DNA of 64,000 nt from a virus. Shown here piece by piece: positions 1 through 9,792 of this stretch. The first letter of the stretch is position 1. The number at the start of each line of letters is the position of its first letter. Below the pieces are notes generated by a model. The model saw only the letters and a list, made by a program, of their open reading frames with translations. It ran no database searches and was not told where the DNA came from. Both the position numbers and the translations under genes were made by a program. The DNA lies in the IMG/VR virus record IMGVR_UViG_3300021961_000040, positions 32,001 to 96,000 of that record; one strand, 5' to 3'.

Positions 1-127
1 CCATGGAAGAATTTACCAGCAAAGCTGTAAGATCATTATCTAAAAATAAAGATCAAATGAGAAATGCAATAATTCAAGCAGTTGGAATGCACATACAAGA
101 TATTAATATGTTACCGGTAAAAGAAGA

Positions 128-541
128 ATGAAAAGTCTTTACGATATCATAAATAGCAAAAGTAAACTTGTCAAAGAAAATTTTGATTTTTCTTCAGATA
201 TGAATCGACTTTTTTCTGCCGATTTTCAAGGAATTAGAGACATTCCTGAACTACCCATTGAAGCTTTGACAACAGAATGGGAAGAAGTATCAGACTTTTA
301 CAAGACATCACTTGTTAGAACATTTACTTTTAATCGAGACAAGCATCTTCGCTTTTTTGTTAACGAAATTTTAAAAACATCAGAAGAAATGATGCACCAT
401 CCAAGACTAAGCATTGAAAAAATGAAAGTACAGGTTGAACTTTATACATATGACATCAACGAAGTCTCTGAGCAAGACTTAAAGATGGCAAAATTTATTG
501 ACGAAATCTTTGATGACATAAAGTTTATTCAGGAGTTTTAG
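128..541 (+). CDS. pterin-4-alpha-carbinolamine dehydratase (PCD/PhhB-like) with N-terminal extension
   Basis: LVRTFTF...FFVNEI...EEMMHHP...VELYTYD...DLKMAKFID matches the PCD pattern including HHP. Confidence 0.7.
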   Translation: MKSLYDIINSKSKLVKENFDFSSDMNRLFSADFQGIRDIPELPIEALTTEWEEVSDFYKTSLVRTFTFNRDKHLRFFVNEILKTSEEMMHHPRLSIEKMKVQVELYTYDINEVSEQDLKMAKFIDEIFDDIKFIQEF

Positions 542-909
542 TGTCGTTTTTTGTAAGTGATGCGCTTAAAGAAAGAGTAACTGAGAAAACTCTTTTAAAA
601 GATGACAGTGCTTATATCGAAGTTGAAGATGAAAATACAAATTTAGTTGTAGCAATTCAAACTCTAGACAAATCTTTTCATCAATTTGAATTTATAAGTT
701 TAAAAAAACAAAAATCAAATACAATCTTAAGTATAGAAATACCTTTGACTTATAAATACGTGCATCAAATTATTGGATCAGAAGTCAGAATTAACTTAAA
801 AAATAATTTAAATAGTATTTTCAATGTGCACATAACTATTGACAACTTCGAGTTGATCAAACAAAACGAAAGAAGTTGCTATTTGTTAAAGATAGTTATT
901 GATGAATAG
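541..909 (+). CDS. hypothetical protein
   Basis: ORF abutting both neighbours in a plus-strand operon; GTG start. Confidence 0.55.
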   Translation: MSFFVSDALKERVTEKTLLKDDSAYIEVEDENTNLVVAIQTLDKSFHQFEFISLKKQKSNTILSIEIPLTYKYVHQIIGSEVRINLKNNLNSIFNVHITIDNFELIKQNERSCYLLKIVIDE

Positions 910-926
910 ATTGTTGAGGAATTAAA

Positions 927-1607
927 ATGATTAAAGCAAAAAACGAACAAGACCTTTTAAACATTCTTCGTGTAATTTCTAGCGAAGCTGTAGGTCTTTC
1001 TAGAAAAATAAACGAAAATGCTGATCCAACAGCTAAAAAATTTAAACTACAGTATAAAAAAGATGAAAGTATGTACGGTAGTTTATCTGAACAAGAAGAT
1101 GAAGAGTCTGCAGAAGAACCAGCAGAACAACCCGGAGAAGCGCCAGAAGAACCAGAATCTTCGTCAGATTCTGGAGCTGTAGGTGCTTCTTTTGATTCTG
1201 TCGTCCAGGCTGTAAATAATTTACGTGCAGGTAAGTCTTTGAGAGATTCTTCTATCAAGCAGCAAGCACAAGTATACTATGACAAATTATCTGAAGATGA
1301 GAGAACTACGCTTCTTGTATTTTTAGATGCTCTTTCTAATATTATTGCAGGGCAGGTTGACGGTAAAGACGCACAAGATCCGAGCGACCCTCCTTCGTCT
1401 ATTAAAATAACATCAGGAGAAGAAAGTGTAGAAACTTCTCAGGATTCTCAGCCTAGCGAAGAAGATGAAGAGACCAAGGAAGACACTACTGAAGATTCTC
1501 CTGAAGAAACATCCGAAGAAGATACTACGCCTCCGATTAAGGTCAATGAATCACAAGACATTTTGAACTTAAGAAGAAAAGTTAGAAGAGTAATGTTGCG
1601 AGGTTAA
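927..1607 (+). CDS. acidic low-complexity protein, possible prohead core/scaffold-like
   Basis: GAGGA SD; E/D/S/P-rich linkers; C-terminal LRRKVRRVML amphipathic basic helix. Confidence 0.5.
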   Translation: MIKAKNEQDLLNILRVISSEAVGLSRKINENADPTAKKFKLQYKKDESMYGSLSEQEDEESAEEPAEQPGEAPEEPESSSDSGAVGASFDSVVQAVNNLRAGKSLRDSSIKQQAQVYYDKLSEDERTTLLVFLDALSNIIAGQVDGKDAQDPSDPPSSIKITSGEESVETSQDSQPSEEDEETKEDTTEDSPEETSEEDTTPPIKVNESQDILNLRRKVRRVMLRG

Positions 1608-1608
1608 A

Positions 1609-2499
1609 ATGTCTGTTGTCATTTCAGAAAAAACAATTAGAAAAATTATTCAAAAAAAAATTTTAAAAGAAGGACTTTTTAAAGACACAAGATCGTATTC
1701 AGAGGGAAGTACAGAACTCTTTAAGTGTGATTTATCAAATCTTAAAAACACTAAGGCGATGAGAACACTTGTTAAATATATTTTAGTCAAGCCAGAGTTC
1801 ACAGAAGTAAAAGATGGAAAAAGTACAACTTTTACAAGATCAATGCTTTTTAGTATGAGAGACAATCCTCTCACTTCTGAAGAAGAAGCAAAATATGACG
1901 ACCTTGTCGATAGATGGATACAAACATCTGGTAGTAAAACTGTAGAAGCATTAATTGACAGTCTAGAGTTTTTAATTACACATACTTTTGGTTATAATGC
2001 CGAGTTACTCTGTAAATTAGTCAATGAAATTCTTCTTCCCGGATCTTCAACAAGTACTGTAGCAAATCAAGATGAAGATAAAAATAAAGAAAAGATTAAA
2101 AAAGCATTTAAGCTTTCAGGTAACAATCTTGTGTTATTAAAGGATTTAAGTATGTTGCTTACGCCCGATCTTAAATCATATCACATGGTAATGTTCCCTA
2201 GAACTTTTATAACCATATCAGAAAATAAAGATCCTGTCGCTGATTTTTCTTTGGAGTACAGGCGAATTTTACAAATTTTAGAAGAAAGTAATTTTACACC
2301 TGAAAGATTTATAGAGAGATTAAAAAGAGGAGTTTACTTAAACATACCAGGAAAAAGTGAAATAATTCAGCCTTTCCAAGATCTTTTAAGAAAAATAGAA
2401 AATACAGAGTCTAATGGTGCACTAATTAAATTATTTATTAAAGAATCTGCTGAAGAAGGACTAGTTTTTCTACGAAACACGCATAATTTGTCTTACTAA
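1609..2499 (+). CDS. hypothetical protein with ISEKTIRKIIQKKILKE leader
   Basis: 296 aa ORF, GAGG SD, shared leader motif. Confidence 0.6.
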   Translation: MSVVISEKTIRKIIQKKILKEGLFKDTRSYSEGSTELFKCDLSNLKNTKAMRTLVKYILVKPEFTEVKDGKSTTFTRSMLFSMRDNPLTSEEEAKYDDLVDRWIQTSGSKTVEALIDSLEFLITHTFGYNAELLCKLVNEILLPGSSTSTVANQDEDKNKEKIKKAFKLSGNNLVLLKDLSMLLTPDLKSYHMVMFPRTFITISENKDPVADFSLEYRRILQILEESNFTPERFIERLKRGVYLNIPGKSEIIQPFQDLLRKIENTESNGALIKLFIKESAEEGLVFLRNTHNLSY

Positions 2500-2553
2500 A
2501 ATATTTTAATTATTTTCAAAATATATTAATATCTTTTCTAAGAGGAGAAAATA

Positions 2554-2913
2554 ATGAATTCTAATTGGTATCCAGAAATTATGTATGAAGAAAGCGAAGA
2601 TGGAGTGAGTTCCAAAATTCCTTTTGTTCTTGTTCCCGAAGATCAAAAAATGCCTGAAGTTATTTTTATATTTGAAAGTAGAGAATCAGGGGAATACGAG
2701 CCTGGTTTAGATGGAAACCCGGTCCCTATCTTAGAAATGGACTTGCATCAATATGCTGACATGAAAATTCTAAAAGAAGGGTTGACAGCAGACCTATACG
2801 ATCAAGTTAGAGTATGTCTGGGACTTAAACCTTTAAATGAAGCAGTAGATGCAGGCAGAAAGATTTCTAGTAACATTAAAAAAAATATTGAAGAAAAAAC
2901 GTCCACGAGATGA
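2554..2913 (+). CDS. hypothetical protein
   Basis: GAGGAG SD, 119 aa ORF. Confidence 0.65.
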   Translation: MNSNWYPEIMYEESEDGVSSKIPFVLVPEDQKMPEVIFIFESRESGEYEPGLDGNPVPILEMDLHQYADMKILKEGLTADLYDQVRVCLGLKPLNEAVDAGRKISSNIKKNIEEKTSTR

Positions 2914-2946
2914 TAATTAAATTATAGCTCTTTGTGGAGAAGTATT

Positions 2947-3444
2947 ATGAAAATTAACTTAGATAGATTATGCAAGTTAGCAGGTGTTGAAACATCTGGA
3001 GAAAACCTTTTAAGCGAAGCTTCTAATAGAAGCATGCATGAAGATCCAACACTTTCAGGAGAGGGTGATCATCGCTTTGGTGCTGGACAGCTTTCTGAAG
3101 GCGGAGACATGGATGCCATGCACGAAGAAGACGAAGAAGACGAAGAAGACGAAGAAGACGCGGAAGACATGAACGAGATGATCGAAATTGATGAAGTCAT
3201 GCTTGTTCAAGAGATTCGCAGAGCCAAGAAGATGATGGCTGAGGCACGTGAGCGCAAATCCCAACAGCAAGAAAACTTGCAAGAAACTCAGTTAAGAAAA
3301 ATGATTTCAGAAGAAATTGCTGATGTTTTTAAAGATTTAAATCTTACGAGCGGCTGGGTTTATGGAAGCAAGAAGCCACAGAATAGACATCGTGGCGCAG
3401 TGAATACAGCTTTTCCAGGCGTAGGTTTCAAAAAGTCTAAATGA
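2947..3444 (+). CDS. acidic protein with RLCKLAG and QLRKMISEE motifs, possible head/scaffold protein
   Basis: GGAG SD before ATG 2947; ATAATTA motif at 2913; EDE tandem repeats. Confidence 0.55.
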   Translation: MKINLDRLCKLAGVETSGENLLSEASNRSMHEDPTLSGEGDHRFGAGQLSEGGDMDAMHEEDEEDEEDEEDAEDMNEMIEIDEVMLVQEIRRAKKMMAEARERKSQQQENLQETQLRKMISEEIADVFKDLNLTSGWVYGSKKPQNRHRGAVNTAFPGVGFKKSK

Positions 3445-3675
3445 AGTTACACGAATCCACTATAAAAGAGCTTGTAAGAATCTTTCAGATTCACGGAGGT
3501 CATCGTGAAGAATGGAGACTTTCACATGAATTGGCAAAGTTAGACTTGACAATGTATGCTCAGAAAAATTCAGGAAAAGAAGTACTTGTTTTGACTAGTT
3601 TGCTTCAGAAAGCTTTAAAATAAAAAATTAAAAATTTGATCTATTTTATGTTATAATCTCTAACAAGAGGTTAAA

Positions 3676-4137
3676 ATGGAATATAAAGTAGGTCAAATTT
3701 TTTATTTGGTAGGCGCAGAAACTGCTAAAGTAATTCCTTTTAGAGTTGTAGAAGAAGTTACTAGAACTACACTTGAAGGACAAGAAAAGTCATACGTTGT
3801 TGAGCTTCCTGACGCTAAAAGAACAAAAGTTGATGTTTCTAGATTAAAAGGTGACGTCTTTAAAGATCTAGATCAATTAAGAAAGCATATGCTTGATAAC
3901 GCTAGAAATGCTATTGATGGAATGATTGACGAAGCAGAACTTTTAGCAAACTCTGTGTATTATGTAAAAGAAAATATTATTAAAAAGCAGACTCTTGATC
4001 ATGATGATTCTGAAGAAAAAAATAATAAAGAAAGTGTGCAAAACATTAAAGAAGATGATAAAATAAATGTAGATATGGGTAATGGTCTTATTGCCAAGAT
4101 GAGCCTAAAAGACTTGGATAAGGTGACACAAATATGA
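3676..4137 (+). CDS. hypothetical protein
   Basis: TATAAT at 3652 and GAGG SD upstream; ATGA overlap with next gene. Confidence 0.6.
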   Translation: MEYKVGQIFYLVGAETAKVIPFRVVEEVTRTTLEGQEKSYVVELPDAKRTKVDVSRLKGDVFKDLDQLRKHMLDNARNAIDGMIDEAELLANSVYYVKENIIKKQTLDHDDSEEKNNKESVQNIKEDDKINVDMGNGLIAKMSLKDLDKVTQI

Positions 4138-4934
4138 AAGTTCTTCTTTTAGATGGGTATAATTTAATTTATCGTTCAAAATCAGGTTTCACAAAAGGAG
4201 AATACCCGGTTGTGTATAATTTCTTTAGAGGAATTCGTCCTTTAATAGAAAAATTTGATCCGGATAAAGTCTACTTCGTCTTAGAAGGAAACCCAAAATT
4301 TAGAAAGCAATTATCTTCAGGCGATTATAAAAGTAATCGACCAAAGCAAGGAAGATCTTTCCATGAGCAAAAAGCAACAATTATTAATCTAATTAAAAAT
4401 TGCTTTCCTTTTGAAACAGTGAAACATCCAGACTTAGAATGCGACGATACAATTGCCACTTATGCTTCTCTGCATGCTAGGAAAGGACATGATGTAACTA
4501 TTGTATCTTCTGACTCTGATTTTATTCAGCTTCTTAATGTTTTTGAAGATAATTTTAGAATTTACCATCCGGTAAGAAAATCTTTTATAGAAAAGCCTGA
4601 CTATGATTATGTAACTTGGAAAGCCCTTCGAGGTGATAAAACAGATAATATTTTTGGAATTCCAGGTCTTGGAGACAAGACAGCAGATAAGATTTGTAGA
4701 AATTCAAGCCTCCTTGCCGAAACTTTAGAAAATCCAGAAAAGAGAGAAATTTTTACAAGAAATGTAAACTTAATCAGGCTTGTAGACTTTTCTAATGATC
4801 TAAGCCAAGGTGAGTCTCATATTGGATCTTCTGACTTTGAAACACTTAAAAGTGTCTTTGAAGAAATGGAATTTACCTCAATGACAAAAGAAAAAACTTG
4901 GCAAAAATATTGTAACACATTTCAAAAATTATAG
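4134..4934 (+). CDS. 5'-3' exonuclease / flap endonuclease (T4 RNase H / T5 D15 family)
   Basis: LLLDGYNL, YKSNR, ECDDTIA, IVSSDSDFIQL, LRGDKTDNIFGIPGLGDKTA (H3TH) motifs. Confidence 0.92.
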   Translation: MKVLLLDGYNLIYRSKSGFTKGEYPVVYNFFRGIRPLIEKFDPDKVYFVLEGNPKFRKQLSSGDYKSNRPKQGRSFHEQKATIINLIKNCFPFETVKHPDLECDDTIATYASLHARKGHDVTIVSSDSDFIQLLNVFEDNFRIYHPVRKSFIEKPDYDYVTWKALRGDKTDNIFGIPGLGDKTADKICRNSSLLAETLENPEKREIFTRNVNLIRLVDFSNDLSQGESHIGSSDFETLKSVFEEMEFTSMTKEKTWQKYCNTFQKL

Positions 4935-4942
4935 GAGTAAAA

Positions 4943-5128
4943 ATGTACGTAGATAATAGACTTCAAGAAATGCTTAGAGCACAAGGTATTATTGCTGAAA
5001 ACGAAGTTGTTTCTAAAGAAGGAGATCTGTACGTTGCTGTTAACGTTATCAATAATAGTCGTAGAATAGTCAACATAGATAAAACTCTCCTAGAAGGAAG
5101 AGATCAAAAACAACTTTTAAAAGGCTGA
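4943..5128 (+). CDS. small hypothetical protein upstream of GroEL
   Basis: AGGAG SD, 61 aa. Confidence 0.55.
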   Translation: MYVDNRLQEMLRAQGIIAENEVVSKEGDLYVAVNVINNSRRIVNIDKTLLEGRDQKQLLKG

Positions 5129-5135
5129 CTTTTTA

Positions 5136-6728
5136 ATGCAAGATAAAGAGATAAAAAGAAGAATTATAAGTGGAGAAGAGTTAACTTCTGGGTTGCGCCG
5201 AGGTGTTGATAAACTAGCTAACACTGTTAAAACTACAATGGGGCCAAAAGGCAAGTTAGTTTTAATTCAAAGAGAGGGTCTTCATCCAATTGTAACAAAA
5301 GACGGTGTGACAGTTGCCAATGCTGTTAATTTAACAGATTCTGTTGAAAACTTAGGCGCAAGAGTAATTAAAGAATCAGCGGCAAGAACTGCTGACACAG
5401 CAGGTGATGGTACAACCACAGCAACTGTACTTGCACAAATAATTTTTAACAAAGGTTTGCAAATGCGATCTGCTGGATTTGAAACCGAAGGTATCAAAGC
5501 TGGAATTGAAAAAGGTGTGCAGATTGCCCTTCAAGAACTTCATTCACAAAAACGTGAAGTAGAAGATGATGAAGATCTAAGAAAAGTTGCTTTAATTTCT
5601 GCAAATGGTGAAGAAGAAGTTGCAAACTTAATTGTAAGTGCAATTAAAGCATCAGGAGTTGATGGAGAAGTTATTGTCGAAGAAGCAAAAGGTTTTAAAT
5701 CTTCTTTGACTGTTGTCGACGGATACCAGCTTGAAAGAGGATATCTTTCTCCTTATTTCATTACAGACAAAGACAAGTCTATATGTGATTTCAAAGACCC
5801 GCTTATATTGATGGTTGATAAGAGCTTTTCAACCATACATGGTCTTATGAAACCCTTAGAAAAAGCACTAGATATGAACAAGCCTATTGTAATTATTGCA
5901 AATGAAATAGACGACGAGGCGTTACAAGGTTTGGTGCTTAATAAGGTAAAAGGTTCTCTTAGAGTTGCTGCAATTAAATCACCCGGATTTGGGGCAACAA
6001 GACATGAACTTTTAAACGATTTGCAGGCAATTGTAGGCGGAAAAGTTATTGATGCATCTTTTGATATGGAAGACTTTGATGAAACAATGTTTGGCACCTC
6101 CAAGCGTGCAATAATCCAAAGAGCTTCTACTCTTTTTATGACTGAAGACAAAAAAAATAATAGAATGCTTGAAAGAATATCAGCAATAAAAGATTCACTT
6201 GAAGATCCTAGTTTGACATCAGACGAAAGAGAACTTTATACATACAGGCTTAGGCAGCTAAGTGGATCAATATCTATATTAAGAGTAGGAGCTGCAACCG
6301 AAGCTGAACTTATTGAAAGATACGACAGAGTAGATGATGCTTTGCATGCAACAAAAGCTGCATTAGCTGAAGGTATCCTTCCAGGCGGTGGCGTTGCACT
6401 AGTAAGAGCTTATACATGTATACGCAAAGAAGAAAACAAAACGGAAGATCCTTCAATAAAATCAGGACTTTTTATTGTTTCGCAGGCTTGTCAAGAGCCT
6501 TTTAGACAGATTGTTATCAATGGCGGTAAAAATCCTGACAGCTATCTAAAGAAAATACTTGAACACGAAAATAATATTGGTTTTGATTTTAGAAATGACA
6601 ATTTTGGTGACATGTTTGACTTAGGAATTGTAGATCCATTCAAAGTAACAAGATGTGCTCTAGAAAATGCTTCTTCAGCTGCAATTGCACTATTGTCAGT
6701 TGGATCAGCTATGGTAGATGAAGAATAA
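5136..6728 (+). CDS. groEL: chaperonin GroEL
   Basis: TMGPKG, VTKDGVTVA, AGDGTTTATVLA, RGYLSPYF, DDALHATKAA, GGGVAL; lacks GGM tail. Confidence 0.96.
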   Translation: MQDKEIKRRIISGEELTSGLRRGVDKLANTVKTTMGPKGKLVLIQREGLHPIVTKDGVTVANAVNLTDSVENLGARVIKESAARTADTAGDGTTTATVLAQIIFNKGLQMRSAGFETEGIKAGIEKGVQIALQELHSQKREVEDDEDLRKVALISANGEEEVANLIVSAIKASGVDGEVIVEEAKGFKSSLTVVDGYQLERGYLSPYFITDKDKSICDFKDPLILMVDKSFSTIHGLMKPLEKALDMNKPIVIIANEIDDEALQGLVLNKVKGSLRVAAIKSPGFGATRHELLNDLQAIVGGKVIDASFDMEDFDETMFGTSKRAIIQRASTLFMTEDKKNNRMLERISAIKDSLEDPSLTSDERELYTYRLRQLSGSISILRVGAATEAELIERYDRVDDALHATKAALAEGILPGGGVALVRAYTCIRKEENKTEDPSIKSGLFIVSQACQEPFRQIVINGGKNPDSYLKKILEHENNIGFDFRNDNFGDMFDLGIVDPFKVTRCALENASSAAIALLSVGSAMVDEE

Positions 6729-6782
6729 AATTAAATCTGACATTTTATATCGATTCGAATATTTATTTGCAGGAGGATTATA

Positions 6783-7145
6783 ATGTCAGATTTAAAAGAT
6801 ATTAAAATTATGCTTGAGTCATTATATAAGCTTGAAAAAAAAGTTACATCTGTTTCTTTGACTCTTAGACTAGAGTCTGATACACATGTCCCTGACTTAA
6901 TGACAAGAATAAGAATTCTTCCTTCTGTGGCAGTTGTTGCTCAAAATGATAAAGTTGCAAGATTTATGGACGGCGATGCACAACTTTCAATTGCTATAAA
7001 ATATCTTCCTAGATCAACAGAAATTTATTCATCAGTAAAGAAACTATCTATGATGATTAAAAGACTACCTGGTGTAAAGTCAATTACAGTTGATTCTTAT
7101 GATAAAAAACGATTAACGCTAAGGGGTAATAAAATTATTTTTTAG
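6783..7145 (+). CDS. hypothetical protein
   Basis: AGGAGG SD, ATATTTA motif at 6759. Confidence 0.6.
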   Translation: MSDLKDIKIMLESLYKLEKKVTSVSLTLRLESDTHVPDLMTRIRILPSVAVVAQNDKVARFMDGDAQLSIAIKYLPRSTEIYSSVKKLSMMIKRLPGVKSITVDSYDKKRLTLRGNKIIF

Positions 7146-7146
7146 T

Positions 7147-7175
7147 GTGTAAATTATTCATTAATTGATTATAAT
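7147..7175 (+). promoter_or_regulatory. GTGTAA-N17-TATAAT promoter (phage consensus)
   Basis: exact 17 bp spacer; member of a family of about 23 copies. Confidence 0.75.
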
Positions 7176-7451
7176 AAACTTATAGGAGGTTGAAATTGAA
7201 AATTTTAAATAGCGATCAACTAATGGTCATGAATGAACATGATCTTAAGCGCCTGATTTTATCTTTGCGTTCAAGAATCAAAGAAATAGAAGAAGACAAC
7301 AAAGATGAAAACACACTCCAAGAATTGGAGACTTACTATTGCTATGTGTTCAGAGAGCTCGAGCACAGAGGCTTAATGTAAGTGTGCAATTTGCAAAAAA
7401 ATAAATAATAATAATTAAACATTAAAAACTAAACATTGTAGGAGAAAAATA

Positions 7452-8189
7452 ATGAACTCATCCCTAAGTGGGTATTTTACCCATTCTAGTAATTTTGAAT
7501 TGCTTACTAGAGAAGAAGAAGTAGATCTTGCTAAAAGAATTGAAAAAGGTGATATTCTTGCAAGAAACATGATGATTGAATCAAATCTTAGACTTGCAAT
7601 TTCTATTGCAAAAAAATATTCTAAGTATGGTAGCAATCTCGAAGATCTTATTCAAGAGTCAAATATTGGCCTTATTAAAGCAGTTGAAAAGTTTGATTGG
7701 CGAAAAGGGTTTAAGTTTTCTACTTATGCAACCTGGTGGATTAAACAATCCATAACACGTAGCCTTACCAAAGAAAGTACACAGCTAAAGGTCCCTTCTC
7801 ATACACTCGAAAATGCCAGGAAAGTATGGGCACTTCAAAAAGAATACAAAGAAAATTTTAATTGCGAACCTACCATTGAAGAAATTGCTAGTATTTTAAA
7901 TATTTCAACCAGGCATGTAGAACAAGCAATTAGAAGTAGTAAAAGTAAATTTATTATTTCTATTGATACACCCGTTAATGACGAATACGGAAGAACGCTT
8001 GGCGAAACTATTGAAGATGAAAGTCTAGAATCAATTGATTCAATTTTAGATGATCAAAAAATCAAGAAAGCAATTGTTGAATCTCTATCTTCTCTTTCAA
8101 AACGAGAAGAACTAGTTCTTCGTCTTAGATTTGGAATCGAAGATGTAAGCGAAGATGATAAAAATATTTATGAAATTGAGGAGAAATAA
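7452..8189 (+). CDS. sigma70-family RNA polymerase sigma factor lacking region 4.2
   Basis: LLTREEEVDLAKRI (1.2), NLRLAISIAKKY, DLIQESNIGLIKAVEKFD, FSTYATWWIKQ (2.1-2.4), SIDTPV (3.2), LSKREELVLRLRFGI (4.1), then stop. Confidence 0.93.
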   Translation: MNSSLSGYFTHSSNFELLTREEEVDLAKRIEKGDILARNMMIESNLRLAISIAKKYSKYGSNLEDLIQESNIGLIKAVEKFDWRKGFKFSTYATWWIKQSITRSLTKESTQLKVPSHTLENARKVWALQKEYKENFNCEPTIEEIASILNISTRHVEQAIRSSKSKFIISIDTPVNDEYGRTLGETIEDESLESIDSILDDQKIKKAIVESLSSLSKREELVLRLRFGIEDVSEDDKNIYEIEEK

Positions 8190-8191
8190 TT

Positions 8192-8470
8192 ATGCCGATG
8201 CCTAAAGGTCACAAGATGTCAGCTGGGTACTCTACAAGCAAAAGTCTGGGTGGCGAATCTTATCATTCTATCTCTAGCAAAATGTCAGAAATGGGTCATA
8301 AGATGAATCACTCTACAGCAAGAAATATTTTTATTAATGCTCTTAAAAAAATTGCAAAAGACATTACTTCTATATATGACGTAGATTGTGATGAAAAAGA
8401 AATTATTCGAATTGCAAAAGACCCACGCTTTCAAGATGCAATCATACAATACATGAGAGAAAATAAGTGA
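8192..8470 (+). CDS. small HTH protein resembling sigma70 region 4.2
   Basis: SYHSISSKMSEMGHKMNHSTARNIFINALKKI parallels TLEEVG...VTRERIRQIEAKALRKL; own GAGGAG SD. Confidence 0.6.
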   Translation: MPMPKGHKMSAGYSTSKSLGGESYHSISSKMSEMGHKMNHSTARNIFINALKKIAKDITSIYDVDCDEKEIIRIAKDPRFQDAIIQYMRENK

Positions 8471-8760
8471 AAAATAGTCTCGATCCATGCCAATTATTAG
8501 CTATGCATCATCAAACTGCGCTGTTAGAGTCTGTAGGCTGGAATGAAAAAGAATTTACAGAGCTAGTAAAGCATGTTACGAACTATTTAAATCATAAAGC
8601 TCAAAATTCAAAAGATATTAAATATAATGATATAACCTTGTTATTAGAGTCTGTTCATAATTTCTGGGGTCCTGATTCAAAAGAAGTTCTTGAGAGCATA
8701 TTTAATATAGAAAATTTCTATCTAAACCTAAATGTTCAAAGGAGTAAAGATGTCAATTAA
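8467..8760 (+). CDS. hypothetical protein
   Basis: overlapping stop/start with neighbours. Confidence 0.5.
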   Translation: MKNSLDPCQLLAMHHQTALLESVGWNEKEFTELVKHVTNYLNHKAQNSKDIKYNDITLLLESVHNFWGPDSKEVLESIFNIENFYLNLNVQRSKDVN

Positions 8761-9106
8761 ACTAAAAGATTATCTTAAGAGAAAAAGATCTACTCTAGAA
8801 AAACTTTTAGAGTTAAAAAGAATAAAAAATTATCAACAGCTGCTTGATTATTGTAACAAAAGAGGTTGCGAGCCTATAGATGAAAAAGAGTTTAATTTAG
8901 TTATTAAAAAACCAATTTTACAAAAGCCTAGCAAAGATCTTAAAATGAAGCAGGCAAAAGAAGAATTGGTCAATGAAGAAGTCTCAAAACCCGAACCCGA
9001 ACCCGAACCCGAACCAGAAAGAAGAAAGAGAAGATCAAAAGTTTCTCGTTCAACACAGAATTCACAAGAAGAAAGGGCTTCTAATACAACCGTCGAAGAT
9101 ACATAA
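8750..9106 (+). CDS. hypothetical protein with PE repeat
   Basis: AGGAG SD before ATG 8750; (CCCGAA)4 at 8990-9013. Confidence 0.55.
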   Translation: MSIKLKDYLKRKRSTLEKLLELKRIKNYQQLLDYCNKRGCEPIDEKEFNLVIKKPILQKPSKDLKMKQAKEELVNEEVSKPEPEPEPEPERRKRRSKVSRSTQNSQEERASNTTVEDT

Positions 9107-9377
9107 AGATTTTTTTGTAATTCTATGTGAAGGATCTTTAGAAGAGTGGTACATAGATAGTATAGATGAGCTTAAATAATTTGTATACTTTGTCTGATGT
9201 TGCTGTTTATGATGCAGAATCCGAAGAAATAATTCTACAAATTGATAGAATTACAATTTCACTTTCTTTGGAAGAGTTTGCATTCGTAATGAGTGAATTT
9301 GAGAAATCTTTAAAAGCAATGAAGGATATTGTAATGACAACAGTTCAAAGAGTTGATCATGATCAGGAGATAAACTA

Positions 9378-9791
9378 ATGTCTATTAACCACCCGAAGGC
9401 GGGACCTAATTCAGTACCCGCATATCAGCTTTCTGCTGTTCCTTTTGTAACATCTTCAGCAGGCGGAGAAGTAAAAGCAAGTGCTATTGAAATATCTTTT
9501 CCTTATGTAACAAGATTTTTTGTAGTTCAGAATACTTCAGCAAACCCTATGAGAATAGGATTTACAGCCGATGGAGTAAATGCAGACATCACAGCTAATT
9601 ACATGGTCCTGTCAGGAAATGATATGACGCCAAGAATGGAAATAAGATGTAAGTCATTATTTTTTAGACGTGATGGTGCTTCAGATTGTAGTTTTAGCTT
9701 GATGGCTGGATTGTCAACAATCGAATCAAGTGAATTTCCTGTTTTAACAGGCTCTATTGGTGGAACTGTCGCTTTTGAGGGCGTTGGTTGA
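9378..9791 (+). CDS. hypothetical beta-rich protein (possibly virion-associated)
   Basis: AGGAG SD, 137 aa, G/S/A/T-rich. Confidence 0.55.
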   Translation: MSINHPKAGPNSVPAYQLSAVPFVTSSAGGEVKASAIEISFPYVTRFFVVQNTSANPMRIGFTADGVNADITANYMVLSGNDMTPRMEIRCKSLFFRRDGASDCSFSLMAGLSTIESSEFPVLTGSIGGTVAFEGVG

Positions 9792-9792
9792 A

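Noticed and set aside
8990-9019. CCCGAA and GAAGACGAA (3124-3160) tandem repeats as regulatory loci
   Set aside because: In-frame low-complexity coding repeats (PE, EDE)
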